Below are positions 1 through 7,981 of a DNA stretch of 64,000 nucleotides, one piece after another. The notes beneath the pieces are model-generated. The model was given only the letters and a program-made list of their open reading frames with translations. It searched no databases and was not told where the DNA came from. The stretch is from positions 20,653-84,652 of IMG/VR virus record IMGVR_UViG_3300028797_000148; one strand, 5' to 3'. This DNA is from a virus. Lineage: Duplodnaviria; Caudoviricetes. Position 1 is the first letter of the stretch, and each line of letters starts with the position of its first letter. The position numbers and the translations under genes are program-made.

Positions 1-163
1 GTGAGTTCTGCGAAAACTTTGCAGACGATGAACATGTATATCTTGTGTTGATAAAAAGACATCTAACGATTGTTTACAAACGCGATGTTTTAGACACTTG
101 GGATTGCAGGGAGAAAGATGTTGATTTTTATTGGGAAAGAGAAAAAAGAAAAAATAGTTAGTT

Positions 164-436
164 ATGGAACTTTTACAGCAACTTCAAGAATTGGCCTTGT
201 GCCTGCTGGTTGGTTATATCATTCCAACGGCAATATGCGTTATCTTTGCTTTCGTGTATCACCACGAAAACCCGTTTAAGAAAGATAACACGAATACACG
301 TACCTATGTGTTTGCACCCGTAGCAAACATCGGTATCGCTCTTATTATCATTTTTGCGCTTATCCCAATGGAGGCGTATTGGTTCATCAGAAAGAAAATA
401 AGAAAGTTTATATCATGGAAGAAAAAGGCATTTTAG
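164..436 (+). CDS. Hypothetical membrane protein
   Basis: 90-aa ORF with two hydrophobic segments and a basic C-terminus; overlaps the next ORF. Confidence 0.5.
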   Translation: MELLQQLQELALCLLVGYIIPTAICVIFAFVYHHENPFKKDNTNTRTYVFAPVANIGIALIIIFALIPMEAYWFIRKKIRKFISWKKKAF

Positions 437-1179
437 AGCTAAAGGAATCATCGGTTATCGCCGACGATATTGAAAAGAAAATACGTACCGTCGGCGTTCG
501 CGGCCTTGATTTCGAGAAGGCAAAGGAGCTTGGCCTCTTTACCCGTATATCGAATCTGCTTTGTGCTACACATGCAAGCGTTATGGCCGCTTACCGCATA
601 TACGGCGGTGTTGATTACCTTGTAGACCAGCTGCAAGCCCGCAAGAATGAAATATCGCGGGAAATGAATATGTTCGACAAGGCTTTCGAGCGTTTCGTAA
701 AGTTTTGGACTGACTATTATGCACACGGTAATGCGGCACGCGAGGTAAACGAGGAGACGGAGATGCTTTTCCGTCGTATCATGGAATGGGCGCAGCTGCC
801 TTATGAATGGGGACTCGGCGACCCGCAGCGCACAGAGGATAATGGCCTTGATGTTGCCATCCGCATAAACACCGATGATAAGCAGTACACATTCAGAACT
901 ACAACCATCGGCGACGAGGATATTGACGAATCTAAGACAATAGAGTCTTGGTGTGTTACCAAATACGACACCAAGGAGCATCGTCAAACGACCGTCGAGG
1001 AACGTATGGATAAGGCATCGGCCATGATGGTCGCAAAACGCCTTTCGGCAGAGGATGCGGAAAACATCTATACCGCCAGCATAGTGCGCGACTACACGGA
1101 GCATAAGACGGTTGTTATGCCATACAAGGCTTATAAGGCAAACGAAACCGTAGGACGTCTAACCAAAATGCAGAAATAA
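415..1179 (+). CDS. Hypothetical protein
   Basis: Long ORF (track start 379; ATG at 415 preferred because it reduces overlap); tightly packed with the next gene. Confidence 0.65.
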   Translation: MEEKGILELKESSVIADDIEKKIRTVGVRGLDFEKAKELGLFTRISNLLCATHASVMAAYRIYGGVDYLVDQLQARKNEISREMNMFDKAFERFVKFWTDYYAHGNAAREVNEETEMLFRRIMEWAQLPYEWGLGDPQRTEDNGLDVAIRINTDDKQYTFRTTTIGDEDIDESKTIESWCVTKYDTKEHRQTTVEERMDKASAMMVAKRLSAEDAENIYTASIVRDYTEHKTVVMPYKAYKANETVGRLTKMQK

Positions 1180-1180
1180 C

Positions 1181-1414
1181 ATGGCAGCACCTATTACAAA
1201 TTGGGTTCACGAAAAAGGCGTAGTGACCGAAAAAGACCGTATTGCGCTGGAACGTGCGCAGCGTATTGAGAAAAAGCAGGAGAAAATGGGTTACAGATGG
1301 TATAAAATCAATGAACGAAACAAGATTTTTATTCCATTTGGCAAAGACGGTAAGCCAACCAAGGAAGGCTATGCGGCCATCGAGCGTTATAAAGCGTATT
1401 TGGGGATAAAATAA
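1181..1414 (+). CDS. Hypothetical protein
   Basis: 77-aa ORF starting 1 nt after the previous stop. Confidence 0.6.
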   Translation: MAAPITNWVHEKGVVTEKDRIALERAQRIEKKQEKMGYRWYKINERNKIFIPFGKDGKPTKEGYAAIERYKAYLGIK

Positions 1415-1433
1415 CGTTAAAGTATATAAAATA

Positions 1434-1465
1434 TTTGGTATATTACAAATTACTTTGTATCTTTG
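1434..1465 (+). promoter_or_regulatory. Bacteroidota sigma-A type promoter
   Basis: TTTG(1434)-N20-TATCTTTG(1458-1465) in an intergenic gap, 33 nt upstream of the ATG at 1499. Confidence 0.75.
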
Positions 1466-1498
1466 CACCGTTGTTTAATTCATTAAAAACGTTACAAT

Positions 1499-2218
1499 AT
1501 GAATATCAAGTTTGAAAAAGAGGTTTGCGCATATCTTAATCTGCCAAAACTCCCCGTGAAGGAATGGGATGGTGAAAGTGCATTTGACAAAGGTGTTGCT
1601 ATCATCAAGCTCGCGTTTAATGAAACCGCCTACGCCGTTGCCCGCTTTAATCCCGAAAAGGAGAAAGAGCCCAGCATTACCAAGGTGTTCGGCCAAGAGC
1701 CTTTCTATGGCATCGAAAAGGTGTTTGTCGTTCCCGACTACATGGAAACCAATGTAGAGGATGCAGACCTTGACGAAGAGTCAAAGAAAAAGGCTGCGGA
1801 GCTTGCTAACGAGGCCGCTGAAATCGAGAACGATGGTACTAAGGCGAATATTGATTTGCCCGACAACCCGTACTACTTCGACAATATCACGAACGACGAG
1901 GAGGCCATCGCCTTTATTGCCGCATACAATCAGAAAAACGGTATTCGCGGCCAAGTTCCCAAGAAGCACGAAACCATCCTTAACCGCCTGCTTGTTATCT
2001 ACATGGAGCAGCGCAAGGCCGCTGGCGTTGATGATGCTCCTGCTGGAGCACAAGACGACGGTAACGCTGAAACCGAAACCGAACACCAAGAGCCCGCTAA
2101 CACGGCTGCGCCCGAAGATGAAACAAAAGATGAAACCGAAGGCACGCAGGATGAGCAGGCTGGCGACACACAAGAGCCTGCCGCTGGCGGTGAAGATGAG
2201 AACGGTAACGGTGAGTAA
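1499..2218 (+). CDS. Hypothetical protein with acidic low-complexity C-terminus
   Basis: 239-aa ORF behind the promoter; D/E/A/T-rich tail. Confidence 0.7.
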   Translation: MNIKFEKEVCAYLNLPKLPVKEWDGESAFDKGVAIIKLAFNETAYAVARFNPEKEKEPSITKVFGQEPFYGIEKVFVVPDYMETNVEDADLDEESKKKAAELANEAAEIENDGTKANIDLPDNPYYFDNITNDEEAIAFIAAYNQKNGIRGQVPKKHETILNRLLVIYMEQRKAAGVDDAPAGAQDDGNAETETEHQEPANTAAPEDETKDETEGTQDEQAGDTQEPAAGGEDENGNGE

Positions 2219-2240
2219 GGGCTGGTAACGGGTAAGTTCT

Positions 2241-2387
2241 ATGGATTACGAATACCACAAACTTAAATCCCAGCTTGCTATACTAAAGGACGTGGCCGAG
2301 GATTACCCGACCGCGTCCTTACCTAACGCAATTCAACAGATAGAATCAAGAATAAAAAACATAGAAAAAAACAGAAACATTTTTTAG
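2241..2387 (+). CDS. Small hypothetical protein (not in ORF track)
   Basis: MDYEYHKLKSQLAILKDVAEDYPTASLPNAIQQIESRIKNIEKNRNIF, 48 aa, fills the gap exactly before the ATG at 2389. Confidence 0.5.
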   Translation: MDYEYHKLKSQLAILKDVAEDYPTASLPNAIQQIESRIKNIEKNRNIF

Positions 2388-2388
2388 T

Positions 2389-3066
2389 ATGGGAAACAAT
2401 TCAGTAACAAAAGGCGACCTCGAACGCCGTATGCGCAATGCGCTTGTACTTGTACCGAAAGACAAGGACTACATGGGTGTGTATTTCGATGATAAGGGAT
2501 TGCGCCTTGAGGTGACAGCGGATTTCGCCGTTATCACTACGGGATTCCATAAGCATGTGTTCACGAACTTTACGGCACAAGGCGTTTCGCGCCCGTATCT
2601 TTACACAAAGCGTTTCATTGAGATTGCACTCGCCAACGACTGCACCATTAAGGACGCAAAGGGTAACGTTACCCGTTCCTACGGCAAGCTGCTTGGAATC
2701 CTCAAGGAAAAGGAAGACAAAAAGGAATTTCAAGTCGCTTGGTATATTGACCTTTGGTTCAATAATATTTTTCATCCGCTGTACGGCATCGGCGAATCGG
2801 AGGCCGAATCGTTCCTCGTTTACGAGTCCTATCTCCACAATATCGCCCGTAATAAGGTTATCATGTCGGAAAAGATTAACGATATGACCAACCTTGACTT
2901 CATCGAAGCGGTTATGCAGGAGGTTAAGGCTTATACCGAGGGCATGGATAAGCGTACCATCTTCAAGAAGAAAACCGACGAGGAGATGATGCAGGAAAAT
3001 ATCGAGGCGGCAGCGGCGCAGCAGTCTGAAAAAGCTATGGAGGAGCAAAGCCATGACGCAAACTAA
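2389..3066 (+). CDS. Hypothetical protein
   Basis: 225-aa ORF in operon. Confidence 0.7.
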   Translation: MGNNSVTKGDLERRMRNALVLVPKDKDYMGVYFDDKGLRLEVTADFAVITTGFHKHVFTNFTAQGVSRPYLYTKRFIEIALANDCTIKDAKGNVTRSYGKLLGILKEKEDKKEFQVAWYIDLWFNNIFHPLYGIGESEAESFLVYESYLHNIARNKVIMSEKINDMTNLDFIEAVMQEVKAYTEGMDKRTIFKKKTDEEMMQENIEAAAAQQSEKAMEEQSHDAN

Positions 3067-3223
3067 CGAACAATACGAAATGCTGAGTGTGTCCGATGTG
3101 GCAAAGAAACTTGGCGTTACATCGCAGACGGTCTATAATCAGATTAAGGCTGGCATGTGGGAGACGCAGGAGTTCAAGCGCGGGCAGTACAAAGGCATAC
3201 TCGTTAAGTACCCGATAAAATAG
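3053..3223 (+). CDS. Small helix-turn-helix DNA-binding protein (HTH_17/excisionase-like; not in ORF track)
   Basis: MTQTNEQYEMLSVSDVAKKLGVTSQTVYNQIKAG..., matching the LSVxxVAxxLGVSxxTVYxxI pattern. Confidence 0.65.
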   Translation: MTQTNEQYEMLSVSDVAKKLGVTSQTVYNQIKAGMWETQEFKRGQYKGILVKYPIK

Positions 3224-3230
3224 ATGCGGT

Positions 3231-3629
3231 ATGGCTAACAAGACAAGTGATGCTGTTATACGCCATCTTAAAGAGCAATGGGAGGCTGCTTGCAATGGCT
3301 ACCTCCTTAAGCTCTTGAATATGTGGGATTGCGATTCGTACTACGGCTATTGGGTTGCTGATAACGTCGGCGGGCTTTACTGCTATGGCGACGATATTGC
3401 TATCAATATGAGCGAGATTATCCTTTGTGTCGAAAAGGGCATAAGCATGGATGATTACCACAAATATACTGATTATTGCTCAAAATGCAGCGAGTACGGT
3501 TTCAATATTGTGTCCCTTGAAGCATATCATCTTGGTTGTCCCACCGTTCCGCAGGAAACTTTCGACAAGCTGGATGAGATGAAGGCAAACTTGCAAAAGG
3601 CAATAGAGGAGGAAAAAGCAAAGTTCTAA
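3231..3629 (+). CDS. Hypothetical protein
   Basis: 132-aa ORF in operon. Confidence 0.65.
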   Translation: MANKTSDAVIRHLKEQWEAACNGYLLKLLNMWDCDSYYGYWVADNVGGLYCYGDDIAINMSEIILCVEKGISMDDYHKYTDYCSKCSEYGFNIVSLEAYHLGCPTVPQETFDKLDEMKANLQKAIEEEKAKF

Positions 3630-3633
3630 GTAA

Positions 3634-3810
3634 ATGGCTACACCAAAGAAAAAGCCCGTTGTAAAGGCGAAAAAGAAAAAACGCAAGGTAGTTATCAAGG
3701 AAACGGCCAAAGTGCGCCCAAAAGCCTCGAAAACCGCCTCAGATACCATGCCTACGCAAATACCGCGTACCAACGGAGTCGTGTTTAGGGTAAAAGCAAG
3801 GAGAAAATGA
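3634..3810 (+). CDS. Small very basic protein (not in ORF track)
   Basis: 58 aa, MATPKKKPVVKAKKKKRKVV...; fills the gap and overlaps the next start as ATGA. Confidence 0.6.
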   Translation: MATPKKKPVVKAKKKKRKVVIKETAKVRPKASKTASDTMPTQIPRTNGVVFRVKARRK

Positions 3811-4232
3811 TAAATTCATTCAGACGGTTGCTTATCCGAATAGGAAAGATACTGCCTTTTGTTCTTTGCTTTATCGTTTGCATAAGCTACACAGAATCGC
3901 TATACGGCAATATCATTGTTTACGGTGATATTTCTTTCATAGAAACGCCAATATCTTTCTTTGTGGCAGAATACTTTGAATACGATTTACTTTCTTTGGC
4001 CGTGATGCTTACAATATCCGTAGCCATCGAAACGTGCTATTGGAATAAGCTCGCAATAATCTACCTTTGCATTAATCTTTACGAAAGAAGTTATTTTGCT
4101 ACTACAGAAATAAGCGAGGAGGCCGCATTGTTGTTTGCCATATTAAATATTATCACAAGCGGCTTTCTTGCTTTCAAAGGAATTTATTTACTCATACATA
4201 ATAAGAAAGATTATGAAACTCGACAAACGTGA
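3807..4232 (+). CDS. Hypothetical multi-pass membrane protein
   Basis: 141 aa, about four hydrophobic segments. Confidence 0.6.
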   Translation: MINSFRRLLIRIGKILPFVLCFIVCISYTESLYGNIIVYGDISFIETPISFFVAEYFEYDLLSLAVMLTISVAIETCYWNKLAIIYLCINLYERSYFATTEISEEAALLFAILNIITSGFLAFKGIYLLIHNKKDYETRQT

Positions 4233-5112
4233 TGTTACCGTAGTGGATAATCCCGAATTTAGGATGCTTAACAACCGTGTGGGATTGTTCAACTCCAGCT
4301 ATCAAGACTTCAAACGCTATGGCATACCGAAAGCCCAGCTTATTTTGACGGATATTCCGTATTCATTGGGCGACAAGGCTTACGGCAGTAATCCCAGCTG
4401 GTATATTGACGGTGATAACAAGAACGGCGAAAGCGACAAGGCTGGCGAAACATTCTTTGTGACAGACGAGAATTTCAAGCCAGCGGAGTTCATGCACTTT
4501 GCCGCACAGATGCTAAAGCCCGAACAAAAAGGAAAGGTCGACGAAAACGACCGCACAAAGACAAGTGCGCCTTGCATGATTGTGTTCTGTGAGTTCATGC
4601 AGCAGTTCTATCTTATAGAGCTTGGTAAGCGTTACGGATTCAATCACTATATCAATTTGGTTTTCCGTAAAAATTATTCGGCGCAGGTCTTGAAGGCAAA
4701 CATGAAGATTGTAGGAAACTGCGAGTACGGCCTCGTCCTTTACCGTGATAAGCTGCCAAAGTTCAACAATAACGGAACAATGGTTTTCAACTGCATGGAC
4801 TGGCAGCGCGACTTGGGTATGCCGCGTATTCACGAAACGCAAAAACCGATTCCGCTTTTGCAACGATTGATAGAGCTTTTCACAGACCCCGATGATGTCG
4901 TTATAGACCCGTGCGCAGGCAGCGGCAGTACATTGATTGCAGCGGCCAACCTTGGGCGTAAGGCATACGGTCTCGAGATTTCAAAGCGTTTCTATGTGGA
5001 TGCCCGCGATGCCATGCAGAATTATATCCAGCCCGATATGTTTGCTATGCAGGAAAGCAGGTATTATCAGCGTAAAATGGCACAAGAACAAACACTTGCG
5101 CTTGATATTTAA
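4213..5112 (+). CDS. DNA methyltransferase, N4-C/N6-A, beta-class order (MTase 1)
   Basis: Motif IV TDIPY precedes HETQKP and motif I VIDPCAGSGST; ATG at 4213 preferred over the TTG at 4168. Confidence 0.9.
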   Translation: MKLDKRDVTVVDNPEFRMLNNRVGLFNSSYQDFKRYGIPKAQLILTDIPYSLGDKAYGSNPSWYIDGDNKNGESDKAGETFFVTDENFKPAEFMHFAAQMLKPEQKGKVDENDRTKTSAPCMIVFCEFMQQFYLIELGKRYGFNHYINLVFRKNYSAQVLKANMKIVGNCEYGLVLYRDKLPKFNNNGTMVFNCMDWQRDLGMPRIHETQKPIPLLQRLIELFTDPDDVVIDPCAGSGSTLIAAANLGRKAYGLEISKRFYVDARDAMQNYIQPDMFAMQESRYYQRKMAQEQTLALDI

Positions 5113-5152
5113 CCTTATCTGTGTTAAATAAGTGTTAAAGATTTTATTTTCC

Positions 5153-5183
5153 TTTGTATATCCAAAAGAAAATATTACCTTTG
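5153..5183 (+). promoter_or_regulatory. Bacteroidota promoter driving the tRNA/tmRNA cluster
   Basis: TTTG-N19-TACCTTTG. Confidence 0.75.
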
Positions 5184-5369
5184 CACACGATGATAAATTT
5201 TCTTTTAGAATAAATGCCTATAAAGAATTAATACGTAAAGCCAAGGCGTTGTGAAATGTAGTAGGCTTTTTAACCACATTAAATGTTGAACAAAGTAAAA
5301 TTCATATCATTATAATTTTTGTGAGTGCCGAAACGTTGAGATAACGGAATAGGCTCTTTTATCAAACAT

Positions 5370-5451
5370 CGCGGTATAGTGGAATTGGATATTTATAAAC
5401 CACGTCGGGCTCATATCCCGAAAATTGCGGGTTCGACTCCTGCTACCGCAA
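5370..5451 (+). tRNA. tRNA-fMet (CAU), initiator type
   Basis: Cloverleaf with C1:A72 mismatch, GGG/CCC anticodon stem, loop CTCATAT, TTCGACT T-loop; D-loop enlarged to 17 nt; CCA not encoded. Confidence 0.85.
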
Positions 5452-5457
5452 CAACTT

Positions 5458-5548
5458 GGAAGTGTAAGCCTAATAGACTAAGGCAGTAGTCTTGAAAACT
5501 ACCAGTAATCGCGCAAGCGGTGTGTGGGTTGGAGTCCCACCACTTCCT
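5458..5548 (+). tRNA. tRNA-Ser (UGA)
   Basis: GGAAGTG/CACTTCC acceptor, GTAGT-CTTGAAA-ACTAC anticodon arm, long variable arm; atypical T-loop TTGGAGT. Confidence 0.8.
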
Positions 5549-5557
5549 CTAAAAAAC

Positions 5558-5648
5558 GGAGAATTACCCAAGCTGGTGAAGGGGCGACATTGCTAACGTC
5601 GTAGGTCGGTAAAACGGCGCGTAGGTTCGAGCCCTACATTCTCCGCCA
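5558..5648 (+). tRNA. tRNA-Ser (GCU)
   Basis: GGAGAAT/ATTCTCC acceptor, loop TTGCTAA, long variable arm, G73, encoded CCA. Confidence 0.9.
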
Positions 5649-5682
5649 AAAACTTTCTTTGGCATACTGATTATAAACGGAT

Positions 5683-5756
5683 TGCTCCATAGCGCAATTG
5701 GTCAGAGCATCAGAATTTGGGTCTGAGGGTTGCACGTTCGAGTCGTGCTGGGGCAA
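5683..5756 (+). tRNA. tRNA-Gln (UUG), probable
   Basis: TGCTCCA/TGGGGCA acceptor (U1-A72); TCAGA-ATTTGGG-TCTGA places TTG at positions 34-36. Confidence 0.7.
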
Positions 5757-5761
5757 CAAAT

Positions 5762-5838
5762 GGGGTTTTAGCTCAGTTGGTTAGAGCATCTGCTTTGCAA
5801 GCAGAGGGTCGTGAGTTCGAGTCTCACATTCTCCACCA
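5762..5838 (+). tRNA. tRNA-Ala (UGC)
   Basis: TCTGC-TTTGCAA-GCAGA, G3:U70, encoded CCA; two U:U mismatches in the acceptor stem. Confidence 0.85.
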
Positions 5839-5844
5839 TGATAC

Positions 5845-6154
5845 GGGGGTATTTTGGTTTTGATTGTAGATGGATGGTAAGAAATCGTGCAAGCAATCAT
5901 GCTTTGAAATGGTAAAAACAATAAATGCTAAGGTTGTCAATATGACTCCCCGTGCTCAAGTGCTGGCAGCAGCCGCATAAGCACCTCGCTGGTGACTTGC
6001 GAAGGAACATAAAAGTTACGGCTTGTTTTCTCCGTTTTCTCAAAACGTAGTGGTGGAACGCTCGTCCATGTTATAAAAGCTGGTCAGCCCCGACGCACGT
6101 AACAAGTTTCTATGATAAATCTGCAAGACGAGGGTTCGACTCCCTCTACCTCCA
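5845..6154 (+). ncRNA. ssrA: tmRNA with tag (A)AKVVNMTPRAQVLAAAA
   Basis: GGGGGTA/TACCTCC acceptor with G3:U70, A discriminator, GAGGG-TTCGACT-CCCTC T-arm, helix-2 pairings (TGTAGAT/ATCTGCA, AGAAA/TTTCT, CGTGC/GCACG), PK1-like AGCA-ATCA-TGCT with ATCAT/ATGGT, tag ORF 5927-5980 after ATAAAT. Confidence 0.92.
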
Positions 6155-6185
6155 CTTGAATATTTTATTTTTAATCATAAGAAAG

Positions 6186-7340
6186 ATGAGTAGAATTAAA
6201 TTTAATGTTGATGAATGGCTACCCCGCTTATCGCAAGTTGTAGGCGTAGTTAATTCAAAAAATCCCCTGCCTATCCTTGGCGACATCTTAATCAAAACAG
6301 ACATGGAAGCCCAAAGGGGGCTTACGTTCACAGCCAGCGATTCGGAAACATGGCTCACCATCGAAGCACCACATCTTAGCTTTGACGATAGCTTTGAAAT
6401 CTGCATCGCTGCCGTTGACTTCTACAAGGCATTATGCAATCTGAAAGGAAAGCAGGTTTGTATGACATTGGATGCCGAGCATCACACCGTAGAATGTGAT
6501 TATGGCAATGGCCGTTTTACGATGGCCTACGAGGATGCTACGGAATATCCAAAGCCAAACATGGATGCCAGCGATTCAAAAAGCAAGGTTATCGACGCTG
6601 ATAAGCTGCTTTACGCGGTAAATAAGCCCGATTACGCCACCGCTAACGATGAGTTACGCCCCGTAATGAATGGCATACGCCTTGAGTTCTTTGCAGATGG
6701 TATGGTAGCCGTTGCAAGCGACGGTCACAAGCTCGCAAAGTTCAAGGATTTGTCTATCATTCCCGAAGGCGATAACGTGGAGGTTTGCGGTTTCACTTTG
6801 CCAAAGAAACCAGCTGGAGTGCTGCGTAATCTGCTTAATCAGTTCGGCGGCGATGTAAGCATCACCTTTAACGACAGATGTGCAACATTCGCAATTGCCG
6901 ATTGCTTTACATTGAACACCCGCCTTATCGAAGGCCGTTATCCCAATTATGAAAGCGTTATCCCAAGGGAAAATACCATCGTTGCCACTATTGACAAGGC
7001 TGCTTTCCTTGCTGCCATGAAACGTGTGCTGCCGATGAGTAACGCATCAAGCGAGCTTATCAGCTTTAAGTTTACGATGGGTAACATGGAGATTAGCGCA
7101 GAGGACTACGATTTCAGCCGTACCGCAAGCGAAAACATTTCCTGCGACTATGCCAGCCCCGACCTACAGATTGGATTTAAGGGCAGCGTGATTATGGCCG
7201 TTCTGCAAAGCATTGATGATGATTCCGTAAAGGTCTACTTAAAGGATTCCATGCGTGCAGGCGTATTCATGCCAGCTACGCAAAAGGATAACACGTCATA
7301 TCTTGCGCTTGCAATGCCGATGCTTATTCAAGACAAATAA
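6186..7340 (+). CDS. dnaN: DNA polymerase III beta sliding clamp
   Basis: Motifs NPLPILGDILI, NDELRPVMNGI, VASDGHKLA, LIEGRYPNYESVIP, LQIGFK, C-terminal AMPM; start at 6186 preferred. Confidence 0.95.
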   Translation: MSRIKFNVDEWLPRLSQVVGVVNSKNPLPILGDILIKTDMEAQRGLTFTASDSETWLTIEAPHLSFDDSFEICIAAVDFYKALCNLKGKQVCMTLDAEHHTVECDYGNGRFTMAYEDATEYPKPNMDASDSKSKVIDADKLLYAVNKPDYATANDELRPVMNGIRLEFFADGMVAVASDGHKLAKFKDLSIIPEGDNVEVCGFTLPKKPAGVLRNLLNQFGGDVSITFNDRCATFAIADCFTLNTRLIEGRYPNYESVIPRENTIVATIDKAAFLAAMKRVLPMSNASSELISFKFTMGNMEISAEDYDFSRTASENISCDYASPDLQIGFKGSVIMAVLQSIDDDSVKVYLKDSMRAGVFMPATQKDNTSYLALAMPMLIQDK

Positions 7341-7342
7341 CC

Positions 7343-7726
7343 ATGAGTGAGGCTGATTACTATCCCGCAGGCGCATACTCCGACCCAAACGCGCCATATA
7401 ACGAGCCAATTATCCCCGAACGCGACTTCGACATTGACGTCGAGTTCGTAATGAGCAAGGCTGTTACGGTAACGACAAACGACTATGCACCCGAATACGA
7501 TGATGAGGATGGGCGCGAATACACCAATACCGAAAACACGGATTGGGAGAAAGCATACGATAACAGCGGCCACCTTACGATAGCTGAAATGTTGCAGGAG
7601 CTTGAGTCTTATGTAAAGGATGATATGACGAAAACTGCGCCCAATTCGGGCAAAGGCCGTTATCTGCAACGTGTGTTGGAATCGTGCCAAGGCTGGGAGG
7701 TTAAAGAAAAAACTTTTGAATATTAG
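7343..7726 (+). CDS. Hypothetical acidic protein
   Basis: 127-aa ORF starting 2 nt after dnaN. Confidence 0.7.
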   Translation: MSEADYYPAGAYSDPNAPYNEPIIPERDFDIDVEFVMSKAVTVTTNDYAPEYDDEDGREYTNTENTDWEKAYDNSGHLTIAEMLQELESYVKDDMTKTAPNSGKGRYLQRVLESCQGWEVKEKTFEY

Positions 7727-7730
7727 AAAT

Positions 7731-7976
7731 ATGAAACCTATTAAATTCAAGGAGGCAAACACCGTGTACGGTAAAGGCCAAGAAAGCTTAGAGGAACTGC
7801 CAGCGTTAAGATTTGACGACGGTGAGGTTGTATCGTGTTGGAAACTTTCTTTTTGGGAGGCGTTGCGCCTGCTTTTCACCCGCAGGGTGTGGTTATGTGT
7901 TGCAACATTCAACAATCCGTTACAGCCGACATACATGTCTACGCAAAGCAAGGATTTGTTTGTTCCTAACAAATAA
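7731..7976 (+). CDS. Hypothetical protein
   Basis: MKPIKFKEAN...; ATG 4 nt after the upstream stop. Confidence 0.6.
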   Translation: MKPIKFKEANTVYGKGQESLEELPALRFDDGEVVSCWKLSFWEALRLLFTRRVWLCVATFNNPLQPTYMSTQSKDLFVPNK

Positions 7977-7981
7977 GCCCT

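Noticed and set aside
3053-3223. Lysogeny module
   Set aside because: An excisionase-like HTH alone is insufficient; no integrase, att site or clear repressor is in the window
5458-5548. Selenocysteine or opal suppressor tRNA
   Set aside because: The anticodon itself is UGA, which reads UCA (Ser); a suppressor would need anticodon UCA
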